DNA from: a virus
Lineage: Duplodnaviria > Caudoviricetes
Virus record (IMG/VR): IMGVR_UViG_3300025138_000051
Coordinates: 1 to 54,445 of that record
DNA length: 54,445 bases
Strand: one strand, 5' to 3'
The notes under the pieces were generated by a model. The model was not told the origin of the DNA and did no database searches. It saw nothing but the letters and a program-made list of their open reading frames with translations. Of the stretch, positions 27,801 to 36,032 are shown one piece after another; the first letter of the stretch is position 1, and every line of letters starts with the position of its first letter. The position numbers and the translations under genes are program-made.

Positions 27801-29694
27801 TTACACTTGATGAAGGGGAGATGTAAATAGTGTTGTATTCAGAAACTAAAACCGTAGAGGCTCTGGCATATTCATCCATATACACAATACCTGTTTCAAA
27901 ATCTCTATTACTATGTAAACTATTTTTATTTATATTACTACTGTACTGTACATTAAATCTTATAAATCTAAAATACTCATACATGTTACTTGTAACACCG
28001 CCCGTAGTGTTAGTATAGTTCATTGCCAATAACTGAATTGTAAATGAAGATGAACCAGGAGTTCCCGATATTTTAAATCCTTGCTGTACGGTAGAAGATG
28101 TAACACTACTTATATTTTTTGTAAAAGCACATGTTATTTGAGGTGGCACTAAAGCTGCATTAAATCTATCTGTAAGAGAGAAACCTTGATCAGCTGTCGC
28201 CATTGGTTCAAAGTTTGTGCTTTCAATAGTTCCAATTGCATTTTCAAAATCAGATGATGTAACAAAATCATATGTATTAGCATAATTTTGTGTAAGATTT
28301 ATTACTACACCTATTGAAGTATCTGCAGTTTTAAAACCAGCATTCGACTGATAACAAGAAGTGCCAGTAGTTCCATTTATTAATGCATGTTCAAATCTAA
28401 TATTTAAAACAATTTGTGACCCTTGTTTTAATTTATCTTCTATTTCAGCTAAATTTACAGTTGCTAAAGAGTTTGCTACTGTGGTTGCAGTTGCAGCGTT
28501 TATAGTATAATTTACACCTGTTGAAAACACAGGCCCTGCTAAATTTTTAAAATCTAATGCTGTCTCTAATAAAGATGTAGAAAAGTCTAAAGGTATATTT
28601 TGCTTATTTCTATTAACTATATCAAAACCATCACTATAATTTCCATATATTAATCGGTTACCCATTATTGTTTGAGCTTGCGCTTTTAAAGGAACATTAT
28701 CGTATAATCTTAGCAATTCATCCGCACCAATAACTGAATATATTTTACTGTTTGTAAAAACATATTCTTGATGAGTGTTATCTGCCCATCCGTAATCTTC
28801 TTTTTTAAACCTTTCAATTACGTATATACTGTTAGTATTTGAATCTTTATAAAGTAAATCTACTTGAACTACCCTGTCACTTCCTGTACTAAATTGTACT
28901 TTAGCTCCATTAAAATTATTAGACATACCTGCATTATCATAAGTTCTTGTATCAAACCTAAAATTACCAGGTTGAAATGCTGCTAAACTAAATAATGATG
29001 TAGCACTGTATTCATTATTTAGATATTTGTATCTATATGCAAAACTTATAAATCTATCTTCTAAATAATTTTGTCCACCAGCCGCATTAATTAATGAAAA
29101 CGTAGGAGCTGGTAAAGGAATACTCCCCGATGGTAGTAAATCTTCAAACCCTGGTGGTTTTAATATTACTGAAATATCTTCTTCTTCTATACCATCTGTA
29201 TTACCTGTAGGAAAATCATAGTTACTTGTAACATTAATTCTCCTTGGAGGATTTTTACCATCAGTAAAAAACAATAAGTTTTCAATTTTATCTACACCTG
29301 TTACTAAATACTCAGGGTCAAACTTTAAAACGTCTAATGTTATTACATGATATATAAGTTGATCAGTTTGTGTATTAAAAGACACAATCATATCTACCGT
29401 TTCGTCTTGAGCTACTGGATTATCTGGATCATGAACAAACCAATATATGGTTTCTAACTGACCATCATCAAATGCACCGAGACACTTAGCTAAAGGAGAC
29501 AAAGGTTGACCGCCATAACTTAATGTTGTCAAAGCAGAATTTCCTCTTGAATTTTCTACAGCACCTATTTCAGTGTTTTCAGTAGAACCTAAACGTACAT
29601 TTATGGCATCAATATATTCACCTGGCGGAAGAAGTCTTTCATCCACAGATTTATTCATTCTACCTGCAATAAAATTTGTGTTTACTATTGGCAT
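24898..29694 (-). CDS. tail nozzle/stabilisation protein (P22 gp10 / crAss muzzle-like) with C-terminal extension
   Basis: GRMNKSVDERLLPPGEYIDAIN, LLFFTDGKNPPRRIN, FAYRYKY, GNRLIYGNY, GNGVES, EYGISYNPES motifs. Confidence 0.8.
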   Translation of the reverse strand: MPIVNTNFIAGRMNKSVDERLLPPGEYIDAINVRLGSTENTEIGAVENSRGNSALTTLSYGGQPLSPLAKCLGAFDDGQLETIYWFVHDPDNPVAQDETVDMIVSFNTQTDQLIYHVITLDVLKFDPEYLVTGVDKIENLLFFTDGKNPPRRINVTSNYDFPTGNTDGIEEEDISVILKPPGFEDLLPSGSIPLPAPTFSLINAAGGQNYLEDRFISFAYRYKYLNNEYSATSLFSLAAFQPGNFRFDTRTYDNAGMSNNFNGAKVQFSTGSDRVVQVDLLYKDSNTNSIYVIERFKKEDYGWADNTHQEYVFTNSKIYSVIGADELLRLYDNVPLKAQAQTIMGNRLIYGNYSDGFDIVNRNKQNIPLDFSTSLLETALDFKNLAGPVFSTGVNYTINAATATTVANSLATVNLAEIEDKLKQGSQIVLNIRFEHALINGTTGTSCYQSNAGFKTADTSIGVVINLTQNYANTYDFVTSSDFENAIGTIESTNFEPMATADQGFSLTDRFNAALVPPQITCAFTKNISSVTSSTVQQGFKISGTPGSSSFTIQLLAMNYTNTTGGVTSNMYEYFRFIRFNVQYSSNINKNSLHSNRDFETGIVYMDEYARASTVLVSEYNTIYISPSSSVNKNRIQVTVNNYAPTWATKYKFVVKPSKAGYETIYTNFFYTNPFDNVTHFKLEGDNTNKVKTGDRIIVKRDTGGALTSLVETTVLAVDAQSSDFLNGVQELGTNSEQLAGLYMQLKASNFSIEISDDAIIDYGERSRGSDSENACGTVWALSYPLFTYDQANNSTTNYNIPGGSIIEVMFEFRRGGNGLGAPIRHWRIEKTFVASETFNDFADWWTASNVDLEADLCENVECTGEYSSAFATPSGSGIDPSISGSGGTYKRANNVDCNGKFTMTFQFIQAVPGDVNSPLWLGVRCGGIGVDEPFNIGNKTMRVKADIVVQRANSVLVFETQPADANEEIYYDASRALPLVRNGGTGIMLHQSDNDTDAGDQNQTLTQPAIVTLDFMDCYTFGNGVESFKYLDRIEGRSVVMGQRGLAASQQDFKETNRFADLTYSGVYSSSSGLNNLNEFNLGLANFKTLETSFGPIQLLFARETDILTLQEDRISYVLASKNIISDSTGGGVIASVPQVLGTQIARVEEYGISYNPESFANYGAYFYFTDTKRGAVIELVGNSVNDRLKVISDLGMRSWFRDQFNFQLNTQKIGGYDPFMDEYVIGTNLNSVPVPDPVYGCGVEINFKNQNQIVSNTYEYGTIIGASNVAYNVTSGSITINVSWNGNNYNSGSVTGSGNFSWTKSSATPTTATIKITPGGTATYSVTPECVVKTPLTVFKCLINSSTNSGQTIHVEYNWADTTSISPVDSDMATLGSNNTIFSFYNSQVGVRSQGTFPYSGVNFTIRVNKVNFDTYDWSYPQDNFRYLSSNTLYPNTPAGVASLLAAATTIPNSAVTNPSTNIHLATVSNLSLPTNNQYLYVIYDVREISAQQLCYDANSANDACCLCTWSCTSFLASSGTEQPQDACGLVRSSTYYHNNGSNALPIVGSSIYTNSNCEDSNLGIVNFLPLGYYKISNTQYMQVGTSGLVIQIINC

Positions 29695-29698
29695 ATTT

Positions 29699-30622
29699 TT
29701 ATTTTATCCACTTATCTTTTCCTCTCATGTTCATCAAGAGACGGCCAGGATGTATATTACTTAATCTTAATTTTGCATTTCTTAAAAGAGAAGACTTATC
29801 TTTTCTTGCTCTGGTTACAACATATTCTTGAACTCCAAGCCTGCCATTTAAAAGAGCAAAACGAATATATGCATATATATAATCTTCAAATAATTTATTT
29901 AAACTAACTGAAGCATCATTTCCATTTTCCATTCCGTCAGAGACGTATTCTAAAACTATAGACATTACTCCTCCAGAAGAACTAAAATTAATAACTCCAC
30001 CTTTTTTATCTATAGTAAATACAGGGTTTACATTTGCTGTTTCAGTATTTAATCCAAACCTTGCTCCTACTGCATAATCAAAATACCAACACCCATCTAC
30101 GTTGTATCCTTCTTGACCGTCAAAGAGACTGTTAGAGTTTAAATAAATACTTCTTCCTCCTGATGTTATTCTTGCTAAATCTACTTCACTATCCTGTGGA
30201 CTAAGAACATTACCATCTTGATCAAATAATAAATTAGAATTATTATCTTGTAAATATGCGGCAGCAAAACTTGTCTGAATATTTTCAGTTAGTGGAAGTA
30301 AAACTCCATTTTTCCATTGAGATATTCTTACCCAATTTACATAATCAGATGGTAAAATAAATCTATAGTTACTATCTAAATCTAATTGTAATATTTTAAT
30401 TTCTTTTAAAGCATCATAGTTCAGCTCTTGTATTCCACGTTTTGCGTGAAACAAGACTTGAAATCTATTTAGATTATTTACTAATTCATGATTACCTTGA
30501 TAGATAAGCATAAAATTATTTACTATGTCTTCTAATGATATATACTGATATGAACCCCAATTTGCATCATTAGGGTTTACCTCGTTATTAGTATAATATT
30601 GATATTGGTTTATATATGCCAT
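29699..30622 (-). CDS. tail ring/adaptor protein
   Basis: ILPSDYVNWVRI and LEYVSDG motifs; directly upstream of the nozzle. Confidence 0.7.
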   Translation of the reverse strand: MAYINQYQYYTNNEVNPNDANWGSYQYISLEDIVNNFMLIYQGNHELVNNLNRFQVLFHAKRGIQELNYDALKEIKILQLDLDSNYRFILPSDYVNWVRISQWKNGVLLPLTENIQTSFAAAYLQDNNSNLLFDQDGNVLSPQDSEVDLARITSGGRSIYLNSNSLFDGQEGYNVDGCWYFDYAVGARFGLNTETANVNPVFTIDKKGGVINFSSSGGVMSIVLEYVSDGMENGNDASVSLNKLFEDYIYAYIRFALLNGRLGVQEYVVTRARKDKSSLLRNAKLRLSNIHPGRLLMNMRGKDKWIK

Positions 30623-30623
30623 C

Positions 30624-31592
30624 TTAACTTGTTTCTTGTGTGTCTAAATTTTCTTGTCCTAACGCATACTCAACAACATCTCCTTCTCTAATTTCTACCC
30701 CAGCGTATTGTAATATTTTCATTATTAAATTAGGCTCATCTGATAATGGTAATTCAAAACTTTGATACAAAGGATCAGAAGCATTGAATATAGGATCATT
30801 TCCAGAAGTCTCTAAATAAGTCCAATTAGGTGTAAACGGATATCTAATATACTGAGAAACTACTTGACCTTGCTCATATATAGTAATAGGATACATCTTA
30901 GCCGCTAAAGCATCCTGAGTGTATGCAGGGTAAGTTAGAGTTGGTTTTGTTAAAAGAGAGTTGTCTAAAAGTGTAATTTTAGAATGAGTTACTTTTTCAG
31001 CTTCTTTAATATCCGAACTATTAAATATAGAATAACTTATTCCTGTTGCAGTTAAATTGGTTGCTTCTAATTCCAGTCGTGTTTGTGAAGTAACTACTTC
31101 TACTACTGCATTAAAAGGAATACCACCTACAACATATCCTACTATATCTCCAGCAACAACACCATTTGTTATAAAGGTAGCATTAGTATCAATAAGTTGA
31201 TTGTTACCTACTACTGCAGTATTTGTTCCCGTAGCTCTTACTGTTTGATAAATTAATATTTTGTTTAGTAAATAGTAATCACTTCCATTTAAAGTTGTGG
31301 TAGGAAGTGTATATAAACTTTTATTTAATTGAGCTGTACTTTGATTTAACAAAGGACTAATAACGCTAAACGTATCTATAACCTCTTCTAAGCCTTTTAC
31401 AATATCTGCATAACCTGTTCCAGAGGTTCTATTATTTTCTCTGTTAATCCAGTTGTTATATTGGTAAAAGTAATCCTCAAACATATCCATTTGCGCTTGC
31501 AAACAATATAAATTAAAGTCTTGAGGAGAAAGGTATCCGTAATTGTTTTTATTGAGTACAGCTAATACTGTATTTCTTACAGAATTTATCAT
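30624..31592 (-). CDS. tail ring/head-tail adaptor protein
   Basis: LNKNNYGYLSPQDFN, YIRYP..P.W, FELP motifs; synteny. Confidence 0.7.
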   Translation of the reverse strand: MINSVRNTVLAVLNKNNYGYLSPQDFNLYCLQAQMDMFEDYFYQYNNWINRENNRTSGTGYADIVKGLEEVIDTFSVISPLLNQSTAQLNKSLYTLPTTTLNGSDYYLLNKILIYQTVRATGTNTAVVGNNQLIDTNATFITNGVVAGDIVGYVVGGIPFNAVVEVVTSQTRLELEATNLTATGISYSIFNSSDIKEAEKVTHSKITLLDNSLLTKPTLTYPAYTQDALAAKMYPITIYEQGQVVSQYIRYPFTPNWTYLETSGNDPIFNASDPLYQSFELPLSDEPNLIMKILQYAGVEIREGDVVEYALGQENLDTQETS

Positions 31593-31607
31593 TGATTTCT
31601 TTTTTTA

Positions 31608-31615
31608 CAAAGATA
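31608..31615 (-). promoter_or_regulatory. late promoter -7 element TATCTTTG
   Basis: Immediately after a terminator, 15 nt before ATG 31592. Confidence 0.7.
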
Positions 31616-31617
31616 GC

Positions 31618-31652
31618 AAAAAAAAAAGAGGCCTATTTTTTTTAAGCCTCTT
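31618..31652 (-). terminator. intrinsic terminator
   Basis: AAGAGGC...GCCTCTT stem followed by a long T run on the - strand. Confidence 0.8.
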
Positions 31653-31676
31653 CTCCTTTTTGGTTGTTAACGTAAT

Positions 31677-32006
31677 TTAAGCAGAGTATTCCACTTCTAT
31701 TTGAGCTATTGCTGTAATAGCAAATTTAGGCTCAAGAACGTAGAAAGGATTTAACCAACTTGTTGCTAATGCTTTTTCAATTGCATCTACAATGCTGACT
31801 AATTGCTCTTTAGTTTTAGCTGCATCCGCTGCTGTTGTAGCAGTGAGTTTAACTCCTAATACTTCTGACGCTGCAGTAGCTCTATGACCTACTAAATTGT
31901 ACAGAATGTTAACTTCAGTGTCTGCTCCCACTTCTATTCCAAGTATGTTTTTAATTGGAATTAAGTGATAAGCTCCACTTAAACTGATTTTTAGAAATTT
32001 TTCCAT
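31677..32006 (-). CDS. small putative virion protein
   Basis: 109 aa, flanked by its own promoter and terminator. Confidence 0.75.
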   Translation of the reverse strand: MEKFLKISLSGAYHLIPIKNILGIEVGADTEVNILYNLVGHRATAASEVLGVKLTATTAADAAKTKEQLVSIVDAIEKALATSWLNPFYVLEPKFAITAIAQIEVEYSA

Positions 32007-32049
32007 CTTTAAAAAAAAAAATAAATGTTATATGAGACTATTCTCAATA

Positions 32050-32057
32050 CAAAGATA
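32050..32057 (-). promoter_or_regulatory. late promoter -7 element TATCTTTG
   Basis: Intergenic, followed by a small TGAGA-ATAG-TCTCA hairpin. Confidence 0.7.
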
Positions 32058-32064
32058 CAAGTTA

Positions 32065-32820
32065 TTATTTATTACTACTTAAGCGTTTTTTTAGCAACTT
32101 GTACGTTTCGATTCCTTCATCAGATTGAAATAAAGATGCCACGATATAATATGGATCTTCACCAAATGGAACTGTTAATAGTTTGGTTTTATTTTTTGGT
32201 AGATTAAAGTAAACATCTTTCCCTGCATTTTTCATAATTAAAAATGAATGGTTAAAAAACTGAACCACATCATTTGTTAATTCTAACATAGGATCATTTA
32301 ATGTTTCTACAAAGTCAAACGGATCATTTTGTGCATAAACCATTACGTCTCTTTTTATTTCTGCCGTAGACATACGATCAACACTTGCTCCTATTAAAAC
32401 TCTTGCTACCGCTAATAAGCTATCCCCTTTTAATTCTTTAGCTTGAATCATTGCTTCTACAGCTTGTTCTACTATTTCTAACTCTTCAGATGCATCACGA
32501 GCTTTATCTACTGCTTCGTATACTCTTCCGTTAGAAGGATGATAGTGTAAAAATTTTTGTAATACTTGATTTTGTTTTGGAACAAATAACATTCCATCTT
32601 CAAATACAATTGGTTCTAATACTGCATTTCCATCCTGCTCGTCTTCAAACGGGCTTTTTTGGTTTCTTGCATATCTTAGTGGTCTGTTAATTCCTTTATC
32701 TTCATCGAAATATAATAAAGGTGAACGTTTTGAGTGGCGAGAAGCCAACATATAACTTAAAGGCGCACGCTCTTGAATTAGTCTATAAGCTACGTCTATA
32801 TACTTTTGTGTGTTTTTCAT
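32065..32820 (-). CDS. head-module protein downstream of the major capsid gene
   Basis: 251 aa; synteny only. Confidence 0.65.
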   Translation of the reverse strand: MKNTQKYIDVAYRLIQERAPLSYMLASRHSKRSPLLYFDEDKGINRPLRYARNQKSPFEDEQDGNAVLEPIVFEDGMLFVPKQNQVLQKFLHYHPSNGRVYEAVDKARDASEELEIVEQAVEAMIQAKELKGDSLLAVARVLIGASVDRMSTAEIKRDVMVYAQNDPFDFVETLNDPMLELTNDVVQFFNHSFLIMKNAGKDVYFNLPKNKTKLLTVPFGEDPYYIVASLFQSDEGIETYKLLKKRLSSNK

Positions 32821-32843
32821 TTGATATAATTTAATTTTAATTT

Positions 32844-32878
32844 AAAAATAATTACCCCCGTCTTTGCAACGAGGGTAA
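32844..32878 (-). terminator. intrinsic terminator after the major capsid gene
   Basis: TTACCCTCGT-TGCAAAG-ACGGGGGTAA followed by TTATTTTT; the G-U pair forms only on the - strand. Confidence 0.85.
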
Positions 32879-32892
32879 ATATTACTTACTTA

Positions 32893-34359
32893 TTATGCAT
32901 CTTGAAATAAGAAGAAGTTGTTTGCTCCTAAAACACAAACAGCTCTTTCAGTCAAGAAGTTTACTTCCATAGCATCTAAAGAAGATGTTTTTGCTCCACC
33001 AGCAGAACCAGTGATCCAAGTCTTGTATCTTCTATCTTCAGTTTCAGAAGCTCTGTAACGAACATGTAAGAAAGGACGCTTAGCATTCTTTCCTAAGATT
33101 TGATCGTAAACTGTAGTTGAACCAGCAGGAACTAACATTCCGTTGATTGCTCCACCTACAAGACCACCTCTCATTGTCGGGTCATTCAGATATTTCCAGT
33201 CAGACTTGTAAAAGTCATAACCTCTTCTAAATCCTGAGAATCCAAGATTTAAAGCCATCTCTTCATCATTGTCAAATAAACCATATGAAGTACCACCAGC
33301 TCCGTAAGAGTTTTGTGATGCTAACATATCGTCAATGTCAAATGAAAAGTCTCTATTTACAAAAAGAACATTTTCTTCAATAGCTCCTTGCTTGTCTAAT
33401 CTTTGGATAATAGAATCAAATTCAGCAAGAGTTGTTGGATTACCTCCACCAAATACATTACCTCTTTGTCCTACTACAAAGAATACACCTTCAGAACCAT
33501 TTAAGTTTGCTGCAGACGCACCAGCACCAACTCCTTGGAAAAAGTCTCCTGCTCCAGAAGTAGCTTCTGCAGGCACAGCTTCAATCATAGCTGTCTCCAT
33601 ATAGTCTTCAAAACGTAATCTTGTGTCATGCTCAGATTTTAAATACCATAGGTATCCGCTTACGCCATCTTCACCTGATACTTCGATCCATCCGATTTGA
33701 GCCATATCAGAACCAGAAACAGAATATTTGTCTTTGATAATGATTGGTTTGTTATCGAAAATGAAATCGTCAGATTCATTAGATCCTACCATACCATCAG
33801 TTCCTTTGTTAAATTCAGAACCATAGATAAAGATATCACACGCTACACCAGCTGCCATTACTTGTCCGCTTGCTTCATAGTAAGCAATTGTTACAACGTT
33901 TGGCGCACCAGCTGTAGGTGCTACTGTAATTACACCTTTGTTCGTTAAATTTGAACCAGGTGTTTTGTCAGAGATCATTACTGTTTGACCAACTCTTAAC
34001 GATGCTGTGTTAGGTGTTCCACCTAAAGCAGGGTTAAAGTTAGAAACATTGTTTGGAATAGTCCATACTGCTGATCTTGTTCCTGCACCAGCTGCTGATG
34101 CAGATGTGCAATTTTGATATTTTACATGCAATCTTCCTTGCTCAGCCCATTTAATAAGGTCAGAGTTAGAAGGCATTTCAGCTCCTACCAATCTTAGGAA
34201 GGAGGATACGCTTCGATTACCATATCTTTCAAACTCTTTTTCATAAGTGTCAGGTAAATACTGATTTAAGAAATTGAAGTCTGTAATATAGTTGCTTTCC
34301 AACGGCACTTGTTGTGCTGAAGGTTGTAAGTCGAAACCAGGGGTTACATTTACTGCCAT
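32893..34359 (-). CDS. major capsid protein
   Basis: 488 aa, follows portal and scaffold, ends at a strong terminator; WAEQGRLH and FRRGYDFYK motifs. Confidence 0.85.
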   Translation of the reverse strand: MAVNVTPGFDLQPSAQQVPLESNYITDFNFLNQYLPDTYEKEFERYGNRSVSSFLRLVGAEMPSNSDLIKWAEQGRLHVKYQNCTSASAAGAGTRSAVWTIPNNVSNFNPALGGTPNTASLRVGQTVMISDKTPGSNLTNKGVITVAPTAGAPNVVTIAYYEASGQVMAAGVACDIFIYGSEFNKGTDGMVGSNESDDFIFDNKPIIIKDKYSVSGSDMAQIGWIEVSGEDGVSGYLWYLKSEHDTRLRFEDYMETAMIEAVPAEATSGAGDFFQGVGAGASAANLNGSEGVFFVVGQRGNVFGGGNPTTLAEFDSIIQRLDKQGAIEENVLFVNRDFSFDIDDMLASQNSYGAGGTSYGLFDNDEEMALNLGFSGFRRGYDFYKSDWKYLNDPTMRGGLVGGAINGMLVPAGSTTVYDQILGKNAKRPFLHVRYRASETEDRRYKTWITGSAGGAKTSSLDAMEVNFLTERAVCVLGANNFFLFQDA

Positions 34360-34377
34360 TTTTTTAATTTTTAATTG

Positions 34378-35517
34378 TTAATTATTTTTAATACTTCTAA
34401 TTTTGAGTCCTCTTCCACTACTACTGTCACCAATTGGGCGAATCTTTAAACCATCTTTTGTTGATAGCTGTGGTGATTTACGTACATCCATATTAATGTT
34501 TTTGGATTTACGTGTAACATCATCCACTGCTGCTGCAACACCTTGGTCATAAAAGAACTGAGCAAACTTTTCTGGATTCATTGCAACCGATAAGGCTTTA
34601 TGGTATCCATTTGCATCTGACATTAAACCATCTTTGTTAATGTATTTATTTACAAAGTTGTTTACGTCTGACTGCTTGTTCATCAATTCATCTGCTGTAC
34701 CTGGTTTATAATTAATCTTTTTTTCACCAACCTCAAATTCAAAACCTTTGAACTCATTGTTAAACACTTCTTTAGTGCGGTTTAAAAAGTAATCATATCG
34801 CTTTTCATTACTTTCAGCAATTGTTTTTGATTCCTCTATATACTTATTATAGTCACTTAATTTTTTTTCTTGATCATCAGATAATCCATCCCTACTTGAC
34901 TCAAGAGGAATTTTATATTTATCTTTCTGTTCAGTAAAAAATTTACGTGCCTTAGCAAGTTCTCTTTTTTTAGCTAATTTTATTTTTCTAATATCTCTTT
35001 CATCATCATCTTCATCATATCCAAACTTGTCATCCATTAAGTCTTGAATATCAATAGCATCCAAACCTTCTTCTTGAATAGACATATAATCAGCTATCAC
35101 TGCGTCTTCTTCCATGTTATCGTAGTCTTTTTGTAATTTATAAAAGTCTTCGATTCCACGACCAGTTTCTTTTTTATACTCAAAATACTTTAAAACATCT
35201 TCAGGTAATTTTTCATTTGATTCTTTGGTCTCAAATAATTGATCAACTGATTCAATGTCTTTATTGTATCTTTCTTTTATATATGAAAGAACGTTATCAT
35301 CATTTACCCCTGATGATTCAGGTATATCTTTAGAAGTATTTTCAACTTCTTTAGTTTCAACTTCTTTTGCTTGTTCTGGAGCTTCTACCTTTACTTCTTC
35401 TACTTTAGCTTCAGGTTTTTCCTGAGATGTAGTTTCTTCGTGTTTTTGCAGTAACTGCTCTTCTATTTCAGCTTTAGATTTTTCGTTTCCACTAACTTCT
35501 TTTACTTGTAATTTCAT
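34378..35517 (-). CDS. capsid scaffolding protein
   Basis: Acidic low-complexity N-terminus, helical, FAQFFYDQG motif, directly upstream of the capsid gene. Confidence 0.75.
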   Translation of the reverse strand: MKLQVKEVSGNEKSKAEIEEQLLQKHEETTSQEKPEAKVEEVKVEAPEQAKEVETKEVENTSKDIPESSGVNDDNVLSYIKERYNKDIESVDQLFETKESNEKLPEDVLKYFEYKKETGRGIEDFYKLQKDYDNMEEDAVIADYMSIQEEGLDAIDIQDLMDDKFGYDEDDDERDIRKIKLAKKRELAKARKFFTEQKDKYKIPLESSRDGLSDDQEKKLSDYNKYIEESKTIAESNEKRYDYFLNRTKEVFNNEFKGFEFEVGEKKINYKPGTADELMNKQSDVNNFVNKYINKDGLMSDANGYHKALSVAMNPEKFAQFFYDQGVAAAVDDVTRKSKNINMDVRKSPQLSTKDGLKIRPIGDSSSGRGLKIRSIKNN

Positions 35518-35533
35518 TTGATTTAATTTTTAA

Positions 35534-35541
35534 CAAAGTTA
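35534..35541 (-). promoter_or_regulatory. late promoter -7 element TAACTTTG
   Basis: Intergenic, 16 nt before the scaffold ATG. Confidence 0.7.
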
Positions 35542-35570
35542 ATACTTATTTAATTATATATTTTAGCTGT

Positions 35571-35705
35571 TTAAATATTACAAAAACGTCTTTTGGATTC
35601 CCATTGAATTTTTTTTGATTTACCTAACATACTTTTTTTACTAACCCTATTGTTAAAATCTTCTCTTGCTTGATTTAATTGTGGGCCTGCTGTTTTTTGC
35701 ATCAT
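35571..35705 (-). CDS. small basic protein (44 aa)
   Basis: Own translation MMQKTAGPQLNQAREDFNNRVSKKSMLGKSKKIQWESKRRFCNI; ATGA overlap with the upstream gene. Confidence 0.65.
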   Translation of the reverse strand: MMQKTAGPQLNQAREDFNNRVSKKSMLGKSKKIQWESKRRFCNI

Positions 35706-36031
35706 TTTTTTATCTTTTTATCAAGAGCTTTAGCACCTCCTTTTTTACCTAAATGTTTTGAAATATATTTTAATATCATCTTACCTCCTTTTAAAATTTT
35801 ACCACCGCCTATCATTCCTCCTCCTACTGCGCCACCTTTCATTTTTGGCTTTGGAAGAGGTTTAAGATTTTTAGCATACTCTCTTAGTTTAGCTGATTGT
35901 GCCTCTGATTGTTTTTTTGTTATTAGTTTTCTACGAGGTTTAGTAGGAACGTTTGTTGCAGTACGTGTAGACTCTTTTGCTATCGCAGCAGGTCTTTGTT
36001 TTTTTCTTTTTTTCTTATCTAATTTACTCAT
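35702..36031 (-). CDS. very basic Lys-rich protein
   Basis: 109 aa, starts 1 nt after the portal stop. Confidence 0.7.
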   Translation of the reverse strand: MSKLDKKKRKKQRPAAIAKESTRTATNVPTKPRRKLITKKQSEAQSAKLREYAKNLKPLPKPKMKGGAVGGGMIGGGKILKGGKMILKYISKHLGKKGGAKALDKKIKK

Positions 36032-36032
36032 A

